From an uncultured beta proteobacterium (GTDB lineage: Bacteria > Pseudomonadota > Gammaproteobacteria > Burkholderiales > Burkholderiaceae_C): a DNA stretch of 64,000 nt. Location of the stretch: NCBI GenBank assembly GCA_963840805.1, contig CAWJAJ010000016.1:290609-354608 (forward strand), written 5' to 3'. This document shows, one piece after another, positions 10,940-20,544 of this stretch. The position numbers and the translations under genes are program-made. The first letter of the stretch is position 1; each line of letters opens with the position of its first letter. The notes below the pieces were generated by a model. It did not search any database, was not told the origin of the DNA, and was given only the letters and a program-made list of their open reading frames with translations.

Positions 10940-11928
10940 CGCTGCACCTCGCCGAGCTGGGCCGCCGCGGCCGAACGCGCCGCCGAGGCTTCCTTCGCGT
11001 GCCGGCGCGCCTTGATGCGATCCGGAATGCTGAGCAAGCCATCGGGCAGCCACAGCATCAGCATCACCACGGCGGTGCCGAAGACGAACAGGTACCAGCC
11101 CTGCGCGAAGCGCAGCCACTCGGGCAGCAGCACGACGACCGCCGAGCCGAGCAGCGGGCCGAAGAAGTAGCCCGAGCCGCCGACGACGACCATCAGGTAC
11201 ATCATGATCGACGCGCCGACCGTGAACGGCGCCGGCTCGATGAACTCGACCAGCGACGCGAACAGCGCGCCGGCGATGCCGGCATAGGCCGCGCCGATCG
11301 CGAACGCCAGCAGCGTGTAGGCCTTGATGTTGACGCCCAGGCTCTCGGCGCGGATCGGGTTGTCGCGCAGCGCGGTGAAGGCCTGGCCCCACGGCGAGCG
11401 CAGCAGCCTCCACAGCAGCGCACCGAGCAGGATCGTCATGCCGAGGATGAAGTAGAAGTAAGACAGCGCGCCGTCGAGCGTCCAGCCCGAACAGGCTCGG
11501 GCCGCGCGATGTTGTTGATGCCGAAGGTGCCGCCGGTGAGCCACTCCTCGTTGCGCATCACCAGCCAGACGGCGGTGTTGAAGCCGAGCGTCGCGAACGC
11601 GAGGTAGATGGTCTGCACGCGCAGCGCCGGAAAGCCCAGCGCCAGGCCGATCGCGAAGCAGCCGAGCATCGCCACCGGCAGGCCGAACCAGAAGCTGAAG
11701 CCGGCCTTCATCAGGATCGCGACGGTGTAGGCGCCGATGCCGAAGAACGCCGCCTGGCCGAGCGACATCTGCCCGGCGTAGCCGACCGTCAGGTTCAGGC
11801 CCATCGTGGCCATCAGGAAGACCAGCCAGTAACTGAACAGGTAGATGCCGTAGTTCTTCAGGAACGGCGGCACGGCGCAGCAACACCAGCAGGACGACGG
11901 CGGCAATGATGAGGTGCGTCTTCTTCAT
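10936..11928 (-). pseudogene. ABC transporter permease (LivM-like), two frame shifts
   Basis: MKKTHLIIAAVVLL.. -> (frame 2) FLKNYGIYLFSYWLVFLMATMGLNLTVGYAGQMSLGQAAFFGIGAY.. -> (frame 1) GWTLDGALSYFYF..RDNPIRAESLGVN.. ATGA overlap with the LivG-like start. Confidence 0.8.
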
Positions 11929-11930
11929 GT

Positions 11931-12805
11931 TCAGACCTTGCGCTCGACCTTCTTGCCCAGCAGGCCCTGCGGCTTGAACAGGATCACGGCCATGAAGAGC
12001 ACCAGCGCGACCCCGTCCTTGTAGGCCGGCGAGATGTAGGCCGCCGCCAGGTTCTCGCAGACGCCGACGAGCACGCCGCCGAGCAGCGCGCCGCGGCTGT
12101 TGTTGAAGCCGCCGATGATGGCGGCGAAGAAGGCCTTGGTGCCGATCGAGTCGCCCATGTCGAACTTGGCCAGGTAGGTCGGCGTGACCAGCAGCGCCGC
12201 GGCGCAGGCCAGCACCGCATTGATCGCGAAGGTGTAGAGGATCATGCGCTGCACGTTGATGCCGAGCACGGTGGCGCTTTCGGTGTTCTGCGCCACCGCC
12301 TGCATCGCGCGGCCGGTGACCGTCTTGTTGAGGAAGGCCTGCGTGCCGAGCACCAGCAGCAGCGCGAAGACGAGCGTGCCGACGTCGGCCAGCGTGATCG
12401 TGACGCCGGCGATGTTGAACAGCTTGTCGGCGAACAGGCTCGGGAACGGGTGCGCCTCGGCGCTGTAGCCGGCGCGGATGCCGTTGCGCGCGGCGATCGA
12501 CAGGCCGAGGGTCGCGACCACGAGCGGCATCAGGCCGAACTTGATCAGCGGGTCGGCGATGCCGCGCTTGAAGGCCCAGCCGAGCACGACCACGGCGACG
12601 ACGCAGGTCAGCACGAAGCGACCAGCAGCGGCGCGCCGAATGCCGCGAACGCCAGCATCGCGAAGGCCGGCAGCATCACGAACTCGCCCTGCGCGAAGTT
12701 GATCGTGCCCGAGGCCTGCCACAGCAGCGTGAAGCCCAGCGCCGCCAGCGCGTAGATGCTGCCGGTGGCGAAGCCGGAGAAGACGAGTTGGAAGAAGTCG
12801 GTCAT
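11931..12805 (-). pseudogene. ABC transporter permease (LivH-like), one frame shift near 12620
   Basis: MTDFFQLVFSGFATGSIYALAALGFTLLWQASGTINFAQGEF.., then the frame switches to ..GLMPLVVATLGLSIAARNG..AMQAVAQNTESATVLGINV.. Confidence 0.8.
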
Positions 12806-12837
12806 GGCATGCCTCGGGAGGGGGCGCTCTGCGCGGC

Positions 12838-13988
12838 CTACTTCTTGCCGAGCGGCCGGCAGGACTTCCTTGACGACCTGCTTGCCGTCCTTGACCTCGA
12901 CCAGGAAGCTCTCGCGGTCGAGGTCGCCCTTGTCGTCGATGCGACACGTCGAGGATCACGCCGGGGTGCGTCGCGGCCTTCAGGTTGAGGCCGTGCAGCG
13001 CCGCCGCCACCGCCTTGCGGTCGAGCTTGCCGGCCTTCTCGATCGCGGCCTTGAGCATGTACACGCCGGTGTAGCCCTTGATGCCGTTGTGGTCGCAGAA
13101 GTACTTGTACTCCTGGTAGAACTTGGCCTTGAACTTGAGCATCAGCGGGTTCGGCGCATCGACCGTCAGGCCCACGTGGCCGACGGCGCCGTTGGCCGCG
13201 TCGCCGGCCAGCTCGATCACCTTCTGCCCGGTCAGCGTGGTCTCGCCGACGATCGGCTTGTCGTAGCCCTGCTTGCGCAGCTCGCGCAGCGCGCGTGCCG
13301 ATTCTTCCTCGTTGGTGTAGACGAACAGCGCGTCGGCGTTGGCGCCCTTGGCCTTCAGCACCGGCGCCGAGAAGTCGACCTGGCCCGAATCGGTGGAGAT
13401 GTCGGCGACGACCTTGACGCCGACGTCGGTCAGCGCCTTGGTGATCGCATCGCGGCCGCCCTTGCCGAAGTCGTTGTTGACATACATCACGGCGACGTTC
13501 TTGGCCTTCAGGTTGTTGGCCAGGTAGCGCGCCACCTTGGGCATCGCCGTCTCCTGCGTGAAGCTGGTGCGGAAGATGTACGGGTTGCCCTGCTTGGTGA
13601 TCGCCGCGGCCTCGCCGCCGGTGAAGTTGGGTACCTCGGCGCGCCGGGTCTCGGCCATGCTGACCATGATCGAGCCCGAGAACACCGGCCCGAAGATCGC
13701 CAGCACGCCGTCGTCGACCGCCTTGGTGGCCAGGCCCTTGGCCACGCCGGGGTTGGATTGCGTGTCGGAGATCGAGTGCTCGATCTTCTTGCCCAGGATG
13801 CCGCCGGCGGCGTTGATCTCCTTGACCGCCAGCGCGACGCCGTCCTTGAAGTTCGTGCCCGACGTGGCGCCGGCGCCCGACAGCTCGTACAGGCCGGCGA
13901 TCTTGATCGCCTGGGCCTGGGCCAGCGTGGCGCCGGCCAGCGCGAAGGCGCAGGCGGTGGTGATGAGGGTGCGGCGAAGGATGGTCAT
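12838..13988 (-). pseudogene. ABC transporter periplasmic substrate-binding protein (LivK/Leu-Ile-Val-binding family), two single-base insertions near the 3' end
   Basis: Signal peptide plus IKIAGLYELSGAGATSG... About 70% identical by eye to the intact paralog at 28149-29291. The tail ..DVS[+c]IDDKGDLDRESFLVEVKDGKQVVKEVLP[+g]PLGKK* is only recovered after removing 2 bases. Confidence 0.8.
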
Positions 13989-14030
13989 GGGATTTCCTCG
14001 GTGGGACAGGGTCAAGGGGAGCGAGTGACT

Positions 14031-14885
14031 CTAGGCGGCTTCGACCAGCCGGCGCAATTCGGACGGATCCTCATCCAGCACGCGAGCGACCTCGTGCATG
14101 CCGAAGAACGCCAGGTAGTCGGCGGTCTGCTGGATCAGCATCTCGTAGCCCGGGTACACCGCCACGCCGCGGGCCTGGCAGGCGCGCAACAGCGGCGTGG
14201 GCTGGTTCTTCATCAGGATGTCGACCACCGCGGCACCGGCATCGACGCGCGCCGGATCGAACGGCAGCGGGTCGCCGGCGTTCAGGCCCAGCGGCGTCGC
14301 ATTGACGACGAGGTCGAAACCGGCCGGGTCGGCCGCGGCGGCGCTTGCCACGTCGAGCGCGGGCATCGCCGCGCGAAGGCGGGCCGCAGCCTCGGCGGCG
14401 CGCGCCGTGTCGAGGTCGACCAGCGCCAGACGGGCGACGCCGCGTTCGGCCAGCGACGCGGCGATCGCCACCCCGCTGCCCCCGGCACCGACGACCAGCG
14501 CGCGGGCGCCTCGCGTCGCAATACCGAAGTGGTCGAGCGCCTTGACGAAACCGACACCGTCGAACAGCGCGCCCTCGATCGACCCGTCGGCGTTGCGGCG
14601 CACGGCGTTGACCGCCTGCGCGAGCGAGCCGAGGCGGTCGCAGCGGTCCAGCAGCGGCACGATCGCCGCCTTGTGCGGGATCGTCAGCCACAGGCCGTCG
14701 ATGTTGCCGGCCAGCAAGACGTGGCGCGCGAAGGACGCCAAATCGTGCGCCGCCACCTGTGCGGGCACCAGCACTGCATCGACGCCGTGGCGCGCGAACA
14801 GGTGGTTGAACTGCTCGGGCGCACGAACCTGGGCGACGGGGTCGCCCAGGATCATGAAGACGCGCGTGCGGCCGGTGATGTGCAT
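14031..14885 (-). CDS. Shikimate/quinate dehydrogenase family protein (AroE-like)
   Basis: 284 aa with the TIPHK catalytic-lysine motif, LFDGVGF and the VGAGGSG Rossmann motif. ATG at 14885. The long N-terminal part of ORF 14031-15872 is antisense to iclR and was discarded. Confidence 0.8.
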   Translation of the reverse strand: MHITGRTRVFMILGDPVAQVRAPEQFNHLFARHGVDAVLVPAQVAAHDLASFARHVLLAGNIDGLWLTIPHKAAIVPLLDRCDRLGSLAQAVNAVRRNADGSIEGALFDGVGFVKALDHFGIATRGARALVVGAGGSGVAIAASLAERGVARLALVDLDTARAAEAAARLRAAMPALDVASAAAADPAGFDLVVNATPLGLNAGDPLPFDPARVDAGAAVVDILMKNQPTPLLRACQARGVAVYPGYEMLIQQTADYLAFFGMHEVARVLDEDPSELRRLVEAA

Positions 14886-14984
14886 GGGGTGCGGGGTTCG
14901 GATCGCTGCGCCGGCATCGGATCCGGCAATGGGCGCAACGATAGGAACGCGCCACCCCTGCGACAAGCATTTTCCGAGGCAGGC

Positions 14985-15010
14985 GCGCGATAATCGCGCA
15001 CATCGTGCGC
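14985..15010. promoter_or_regulatory. Two overlapping perfect palindromes in the divergent aroE-like/iclR promoter region (candidate operator)
   Basis: GCGCGAT-A-ATCGCGC (14985-14999) and GCGCAC-ATC-GTGCGC (14996-15010), about 30-55 bp upstream of the iclR ATG. Confidence 0.3.
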
Positions 15011-15038
15011 TCACCGTTCGCTTCGAGGGTTTGTTCTG

Positions 15039-15815
15039 ATGCCTGCGCGAACCGCCGAAACCATCGACCGCCGCGACTTGATCGAAGGCCTGGGCAAGGG
15101 CTTGCGCGTGATCGAGGCCTTCGACGACGACCATCCGCGCCTGACCGCCAGCGAGGCCGGCGCGCTGGCCGGCATCACGCGCACCGCGGCACGCCGACAC
15201 CTGCTGAGCCTGGTGCACTTCGGCTACGCCGCCACCGACGGCAAGCAGTTCTGGTTGGCGCCACGCGTGCTGCGGCTGGGCCAGAGCTACCTCGGCGCGG
15301 CGCGCCTGCCGCGGCTGGTGCAACCGTTCATCCAGCGCGTGTCGATGGCCAGCGGCGAGACCATCAACGCCAGCGTGCTCGACGGCCACGAGGTGGTCTA
15401 CGTGGCGCGCAGCAGCCCGCCGCGCTGGGTCTCGATCGGCTACCAGGTCGGCGTGCGCGTGCCGGCCCATGCCGTGACGCCGGGCGTCGTGATCCTGGCC
15501 TCGCGACCCGACGACGAGATCGACGCATGGGTCGACGCACACGACTTCGCCGCCTTCACGGCCCACACGGTGACCGACAAGGCGCACTTTCGCGCCGAGG
15601 TGCGCATCGCGCACGTGCAGGGCTACTGGGCCACCGGCCAGCAACTCGATCCCGCGCTGCGCGGCATGTCGGTGCCCCTGCTCGACCGCAAGGGCGTTTG
15701 CAAGGGCGCCATCGGCGCCACCACGCCCGCGGCCAGCTACACGCAACAGCAGTTGATCGACAAGCTGTTGCCGCCGCTGCGCGACGCGGCCCAGGCGCTG
15801 CAGCCGCTGCTGTAG
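15039..15815 (+). CDS. IclR family transcriptional regulator (PcaR/PcaU-like)
   Basis: 258 aa, LIEGLGKGLRVIEAF...LTASEAGALAGITRTAARRHLLSL (wHTH) plus an IclR effector domain. Confidence 0.85.
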   Translation: MPARTAETIDRRDLIEGLGKGLRVIEAFDDDHPRLTASEAGALAGITRTAARRHLLSLVHFGYAATDGKQFWLAPRVLRLGQSYLGAARLPRLVQPFIQRVSMASGETINASVLDGHEVVYVARSSPPRWVSIGYQVGVRVPAHAVTPGVVILASRPDDEIDAWVDAHDFAAFTAHTVTDKAHFRAEVRIAHVQGYWATGQQLDPALRGMSVPLLDRKGVCKGAIGATTPAASYTQQQLIDKLLPPLRDAAQALQPLL

Positions 15816-15873
15816 CACAGGCACGCCGGGCGCGGGCTTGCCGCGTACAGATAATCTGGTACAGTGGCCCATA

Positions 15874-15890
15874 GTGGAATGCTATTCCAC
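15874..15890. promoter_or_regulatory. Perfect inverted repeat GTGGAAT-GCT-ATTCCAC, candidate IclR-type operator
   Basis: Lies 31 bp upstream of the FAD dehydrogenase ATG. The same TGGAA-N5-TTCCAC core recurs at 28041-28056. Confidence 0.4.
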
Positions 15891-15920
15891 TTTTGATTGC
15901 CACCGCGGGAAGTGCGCCTC

Positions 15921-17690
15921 ATGACAAACCCTATGCCCCTGCCGATCGCCGCATTGCGCGACGACGAGGCCTTCGATGTCGTCGTCGTCGGTGCCGGCGG
16001 CGCCGGCATGTCGGCGGCGGTGTTCGCGGCCATCGATGGCGCACGCGTGCTGCTGGTCGAATCGACCGAGTTCGTCGGCGGCACCACCGCCCTCTCCGCC
16101 GGCACGACCTGGATCCCGGGTACGCACCTGGCGGCCGGCGTCAACCCCGACGACACGCTGGCCAATGCGGCCACCTTCCTCGACCACGCCGTCGGCACGC
16201 GCGCCGAGCGCAGCCTGCGCGAGGCCTTTCTGGCGCATGGCGCCGCCGCGGTGGCCAAGGTCGAGCAGCACTCGCGCCTGAAGTACCGTGCACGGCCGTT
16301 GCACCCCGACTACCTGTCGGAACTGGAAGGCTCGACGCTGTGCGGCCGCGCGATCGAACCCCTGCCCTTCGACGGCCGACAACTCGGCGAACTCTTCTCG
16401 CTGGTTCGCCCGCCGATCCCCGAGTTCACGGTGCTGAAAGGCATGATGGTCGACCGCGACGACATCTTTCACCTGCTCAGGGTGCGGCAGTCGTTCACGT
16501 CTTTCCTCCACGCGACGCGCATCGTGCTGCGCCATCTGGCCGATCGCTTGCGCTACCCGCGCGGCACGCGGCTGCTGATGGGCAACGCGCTCATCGGCCG
16601 CCTGCTGCTGTCGCTGCGAGAGCGCGGCGTGGCGCTGATGCTGCGCACGACGGTGACCGCACTGGCACGCGACGCCGATGGCGCCGTATCGTCATTGACG
16701 CTCGAGCAGGACGGACAGAGGCGGCGCGTGCACGTGCGCGGCGGCGTGATCCTGGCCAGCGGCGGCTTCAACCGCCACCCGCAACGCCGCGCCGAGCGCC
16801 TGCCCGGCATCGATGCGGCCTGGTGCCCCGGCGCGCCCGGCCACACCGGCAGGATGCACGAGCTGGCCGAACGCCTCGGCGCCCACTATGGCGCCACCGG
16901 CCTGTCGGATTGCTTCTGGGCCCCGGTGTCGACGCGCAAGCGCCCTGACGGCTCGACGGCGGTGTTCCCGCACTTCGTGTTCGACCGCGCGAAGCCGCAC
17001 ATGGTGACGGTCGATTCGAGCGGCCATCGATTCGTCAACGAATCGACCTCCTACCACCTGATGGGCCTGGCGATGCAGGCGGCGAACCAGCGCACGCCGT
17101 GCATCCCGGCGTACCTGATCACCGATGCGCAGGGCATGAAGAAGTACGGCCTGGGCATGGTGCGCCCCGGCGGCATGGGCCTGGCATCGGCGCTGGCCGA
17201 CGGCTACGTGATCCGTGCCGACACGCTCGCCGCGCTGGCGTCGAAGCTCGGCCTGCCGGCCGGCAATCTGGAGCCCACGGTCGCGCGGCTGAACGGCTTT
17301 GCTGCCGCAGGCATCGACAGCGACTTCGGCCGCGGCACCACCGCCTACCAGCGCGCCAACGGCGATGCCAGCTGGAGCGGCAAGAACCCGAGCCTCGGTC
17401 CGATCGAGCAGGCGCCGTTCTATGCGGTCAAGCTCTACCCCGGCGACATCGGTGCCTCGACCGGTTTCGCCACCGATACGGACGCGCGCGCGCTCGATAC
17501 GCAGGGCCGGCCGATACCCGGCCTCTATGCCATCGGCAACGACATGCACTCGGCGATGGGCGGCGTGTACCCGGCGCCGGGGATCACGATCGGGCCGGGG
17601 CTGGTGTTTGCGTACCTGGCGGCGAAGGACGCGGTGGCGCGAGGCACTCCGTCGTCCAGCGCACATGAAGGCCAAGCGCCTGGCTATTGA
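15921..17690 (+). CDS. FAD-binding dehydrogenase (FAD_binding_2 / KstD-fumarate reductase flavoprotein-like), paralog 1
   Basis: 589 aa, intact. DVVVVGAGGAGMSAAVFAA..ESTEFVGGTTALSAGTTW, C-terminal GLYAIGND..GGVYPAPGITIGPG. Confidence 0.85.
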   Translation: MTNPMPLPIAALRDDEAFDVVVVGAGGAGMSAAVFAAIDGARVLLVESTEFVGGTTALSAGTTWIPGTHLAAGVNPDDTLANAATFLDHAVGTRAERSLREAFLAHGAAAVAKVEQHSRLKYRARPLHPDYLSELEGSTLCGRAIEPLPFDGRQLGELFSLVRPPIPEFTVLKGMMVDRDDIFHLLRVRQSFTSFLHATRIVLRHLADRLRYPRGTRLLMGNALIGRLLLSLRERGVALMLRTTVTALARDADGAVSSLTLEQDGQRRRVHVRGGVILASGGFNRHPQRRAERLPGIDAAWCPGAPGHTGRMHELAERLGAHYGATGLSDCFWAPVSTRKRPDGSTAVFPHFVFDRAKPHMVTVDSSGHRFVNESTSYHLMGLAMQAANQRTPCIPAYLITDAQGMKKYGLGMVRPGGMGLASALADGYVIRADTLAALASKLGLPAGNLEPTVARLNGFAAAGIDSDFGRGTTAYQRANGDASWSGKNPSLGPIEQAPFYAVKLYPGDIGASTGFATDTDARALDTQGRPIPGLYAIGNDMHSAMGGVYPAPGITIGPGLVFAYLAAKDAVARGTPSSSAHEGQAPGY

Positions 17691-17883
17691 TTGACTAAGA
17701 TGGCGTGAGTTCGCAGCCGAGCCCGTAAGCTGTCCTTCGAGGCGGGGGCCTGATGCCGCAAAGGCCACTTTCGGCAAGCACGGGGTCATGCCGATCGGCT
17801 TGTTTGCGCCAGCGCAAACGAGGTCGAAATGATGCATCCAGTACGCCGCAGTGCCAGGCAATGCATTTGTCGAGCGCGATAGA

Positions 17884-17900
17884 ATGTTGCGGTGCAACAT
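17884..17900. promoter_or_regulatory. Perfect palindrome ATGTTGC-GGT-GCAACAT just upstream of the SDR-phaC pair (candidate operator)
   Basis: Located 17 bp upstream of the ATG at 17917, in a locally AT-richer spacer. A second palindrome, GTTTGCGC-CA-GCGCAAAC, lies at 17802-17819. Confidence 0.3.
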
Positions 17901-17916
17901 AAGTGCCGGAGGCTCT

Positions 17917-18732
17917 ATGGATCTATCGAAAAGAGTTGCGGTCATCACCGGCGGCGGAAGCGGCATCGGCCGCGCGGTTGCCGCCGCGATGGCGCCGCGC
18001 GGGGTGGCAGCCGTGGCGCTGGTCGACGTGAGCGAGGCGATCGAAGACGTCGCCGAGAAGCTCAATGCGGAGGCGGGACGCACGTTCGCGATCCCGTTCC
18101 ACGGCAACACGACCGATGAAGGCTTTCGTGCATCGGTCTTCGATGCGATCAGCGGCAAGTACGGCCGGGTCTCGCTGTGCGTGCCGGCCGCGGGTATCAC
18201 CCGCGACGATCTGGCCGTGCGCGTCGACAAGATGACGGGCAAGGCCCGCATCTACCCGCTCGAGCAGTTCAAGCTCGTCGTCGACGTGAACCTCATCGCC
18301 CCCGTGTATTGGGCGCTGGAGATGATCGGGCGCATCGCCGAGGATCGCGCCGCCAAGGGCAAGAAGCGTTGGACGCCCGACGAGGGCGTGCAAGGCTCGG
18401 TGGTGTTCATCGGCTCGATCTCGTCGCAGGGCAACCGTGGCCAGATCTCCTATGCGAGCACCAAGGCCGGTCTCGAGGGCGCCGCCGCGACGATCATGAA
18501 GGAGGCGATGTTCTACGGCGTGCGTTGCAGCGTCATCCACCCCGGCTTCACCGACACGCCGATGGTGCGGGCGATGGGCGTGGACTACGTCGCGAAGAAC
18601 ATCCTGCCGTTCACGCAGCTCGGCCGGCTGATCGCGCCGGAGGAGATCGCCGATGCGATCTGCTTCATGCTCACGAACTCGGCCGTCAGCGGCGAGCTTT
18701 GGGTCGATGCCGGCTGGCACGCCCCGGCCTAG
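17917..18732 (+). CDS. SDR family oxidoreductase (possible 3-ketoacyl-CoA/ACP reductase)
   Basis: TGGGSGIGRA Rossmann motif and YASTK catalytic motif. GGAGG Shine-Dalgarno 5 nt upstream. Confidence 0.8.
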   Translation: MDLSKRVAVITGGGSGIGRAVAAAMAPRGVAAVALVDVSEAIEDVAEKLNAEAGRTFAIPFHGNTTDEGFRASVFDAISGKYGRVSLCVPAAGITRDDLAVRVDKMTGKARIYPLEQFKLVVDVNLIAPVYWALEMIGRIAEDRAAKGKKRWTPDEGVQGSVVFIGSISSQGNRGQISYASTKAGLEGAAATIMKEAMFYGVRCSVIHPGFTDTPMVRAMGVDYVAKNILPFTQLGRLIAPEEIADAICFMLTNSAVSGELWVDAGWHAPA

Positions 18733-18790
18733 CGCAGGAACGGGACCGACACGCCGGAGACAGCTTCACCCATCGCATCGAGTTGCAGCC

Positions 18791-20536
18791 ATGGCCAAGA
18801 CGAACAAGCCCGCCCCCACCACCCAGGATATCGATCGGGATTTCCGCGCCCAGGTGGCGCAGATGACCGCCGGGCTCGCCCCGACGGCATTCACCACCGC
18901 CTGGGCCGACTGGATCACGCACCTGGCCCTGTCGCCGTCCAAGCGCCGCGAAATGCAGCGCAACGCGATGGTGCGCGCGAGCGACACCGGGGTGTTTGCG
19001 CTGCGGGCCCTGGCCGGGGCGCCCGTCTCGCCCGCCGAGGGCCTGGCAGGAGACCCCGATCGACGCTTCGCCGCGGAAGCCTGGTCGCAGTTTCCGTTCA
19101 ACGTCTTCGCACGCGCCTACCAGAACAACCTGGCGCTGATGAAGGAGGCCGTGCGCGACGTCAGCGGCGTGAGCGACTATCACGCCCAGTTGCTGGAGTT
19201 CGCGGTGCGCATGCTCGTCGATGCGACATCGCCGTCGAACTATCTGGCGTCGAACCCCGAACTGCTGGCGCTGACGCAGGCGGAACAGGGACAGAACCTG
19301 GTGCGCGGGTTCCAGAACGTGATCGAGGATCTCGGGCGCACGCTGAAGGGCAGCGCACCGGCAGGCACCGAGGAATTCGAGGTCGGCAGGAATGTCGCCG
19401 TGACGCCCGGCAAGGTCGTCTTCCGCAACGAGCTGATCGAGCTGATCCAGTACGAACCGGCGACCAAGGACGTCCACGCCGAACCGGTGCTGATCGTGCC
19501 GGCCTGGATCATGAAGTACTACATCCTCGACCTGAGCCCGCGCAATTCGATGGTGAAGTACTTGGTCGAACAAGGCCACACGGTGTTCATGATGTCGTGG
19601 AAGAACCCCGACGAGAACGACCGCGACCTCGCCATGGACGACTATGTCGAGAAGGGCTTCCGTGCCGCGGTCGACGCCGTCGCCGCCATCGTGCCCAAGC
19701 GCAAGATCCAGGCCGTGGGCTACTGCATCGGCGGGACCTTGCTCGCCATCGGTGCGGCGGCGCTGGCGCGCGACAAGGACGAGCGGCTGGCGTCCGTCAC
19801 GATGTTCGCCGCGCAGACGGATTTCTCCGAGCCGGGCGAGCTGGCCTTCTTCATCAATCCGAGCCAGTTGGCGATGCTCGAAGCCACGATGCACAAGAAG
19901 GGCGTGCTCGAGAGCAAGCAGATGGGCGGCGCGTTCGCGATGCTGCGCGCCCAGGACCTGCTGTGGCAGCCGATCGTCAACCAGTACCTCAAGGGCCAGC
20001 GCGATCGCATGATCGACCTCATGGCCTGGAATGCCGACGGCACGCGCATGCCATGGCGCATGCATTCGGAGTATCTCTATCGCCTCTACCTCGACAACGA
20101 GCTCGCCACGAACCGCTTGCCGGTCGGCGGCAAGCTGATCCGGCTGTCGGACATCAGCGTGCCGATGTTCGTGGTGGGCACCGAAGCCGATCACGTCGCG
20201 CCGTGGAAGTCGGTCTACAAGGTGGACAACCTCGTCCGCTCGGACGACCTCACTTTCCTGCTGACCGCCGGCGGCCACAACGCAGGGATCGTGGCCGGCC
20301 CCGTCCATCCGAAACGCCACTACCGCATCCGCACGCGCCGGCTTGCCGACCCGCATCTGGCACCCGAGGATTGGATGGAAGCCGCGACGAAACACGACGG
20401 CTCCTGGTGGCCGGCATGGCAGCGGTGGCTCGCGGCACATTCCGGCGGCAAGAGCAAACCGCCCGCGATGGGGGCTCCGCGCAACGGTTATCCCGTCATC
20501 GACGACGCACCCGGCGAGTACGTGCGGCAGCGGTAG
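18791..20536 (+). CDS. phaC: Class I poly(3-hydroxyalkanoate) synthase
   Basis: 581 aa, intact. Lipase-box GYCIGG with the catalytic Cys, WNADGTRMP (Asp) and GGHNAGIV (His). PhaC N-terminal domain FPFNVFARAYQ. Confidence 0.9.
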   Translation: MAKTNKPAPTTQDIDRDFRAQVAQMTAGLAPTAFTTAWADWITHLALSPSKRREMQRNAMVRASDTGVFALRALAGAPVSPAEGLAGDPDRRFAAEAWSQFPFNVFARAYQNNLALMKEAVRDVSGVSDYHAQLLEFAVRMLVDATSPSNYLASNPELLALTQAEQGQNLVRGFQNVIEDLGRTLKGSAPAGTEEFEVGRNVAVTPGKVVFRNELIELIQYEPATKDVHAEPVLIVPAWIMKYYILDLSPRNSMVKYLVEQGHTVFMMSWKNPDENDRDLAMDDYVEKGFRAAVDAVAAIVPKRKIQAVGYCIGGTLLAIGAAALARDKDERLASVTMFAAQTDFSEPGELAFFINPSQLAMLEATMHKKGVLESKQMGGAFAMLRAQDLLWQPIVNQYLKGQRDRMIDLMAWNADGTRMPWRMHSEYLYRLYLDNELATNRLPVGGKLIRLSDISVPMFVVGTEADHVAPWKSVYKVDNLVRSDDLTFLLTAGGHNAGIVAGPVHPKRHYRIRTRRLADPHLAPEDWMEAATKHDGSWWPAWQRWLAAHSGGKSKPPAMGAPRNGYPVIDDAPGEYVRQR

Positions 20537-20544
20537 CGAGGATC

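Noticed and set aside
11931-14015. 694-aa ORF suggesting a substrate-binding-protein/permease fusion
   Set aside because: The central ~100 residues are Arg/Pro/Gly nonsense. The binding-protein tail and its TAG (12838) and the LivH-like start (12805) are recovered in other frames. This is an artefact of two 1-bp insertions.
12756-14993. Long plus-strand ORF (745 aa), and similar long ORFs at 28056-30461(-), 18686-20887(-), 24399-26063(+), 46361-48145(+) and 60809-62776(+)
   Set aside because: They lie antisense to well-supported genes. Their translations are dominated by Arg/Ala/Gly/Asp/His runs with no recognisable motifs. These are classic shadow ORFs of high-GC genomes.
14031-15872. 613-aa version of the AroE-like ORF, and the 467-aa version of the TIM-barrel ORF at 23596-24999
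   Set aside because: The N-terminal extensions are antisense to the iclR and FAD dehydrogenase genes and have nonsense composition. Internal ATGs at 14885 and 24405 give proteins of canonical length.
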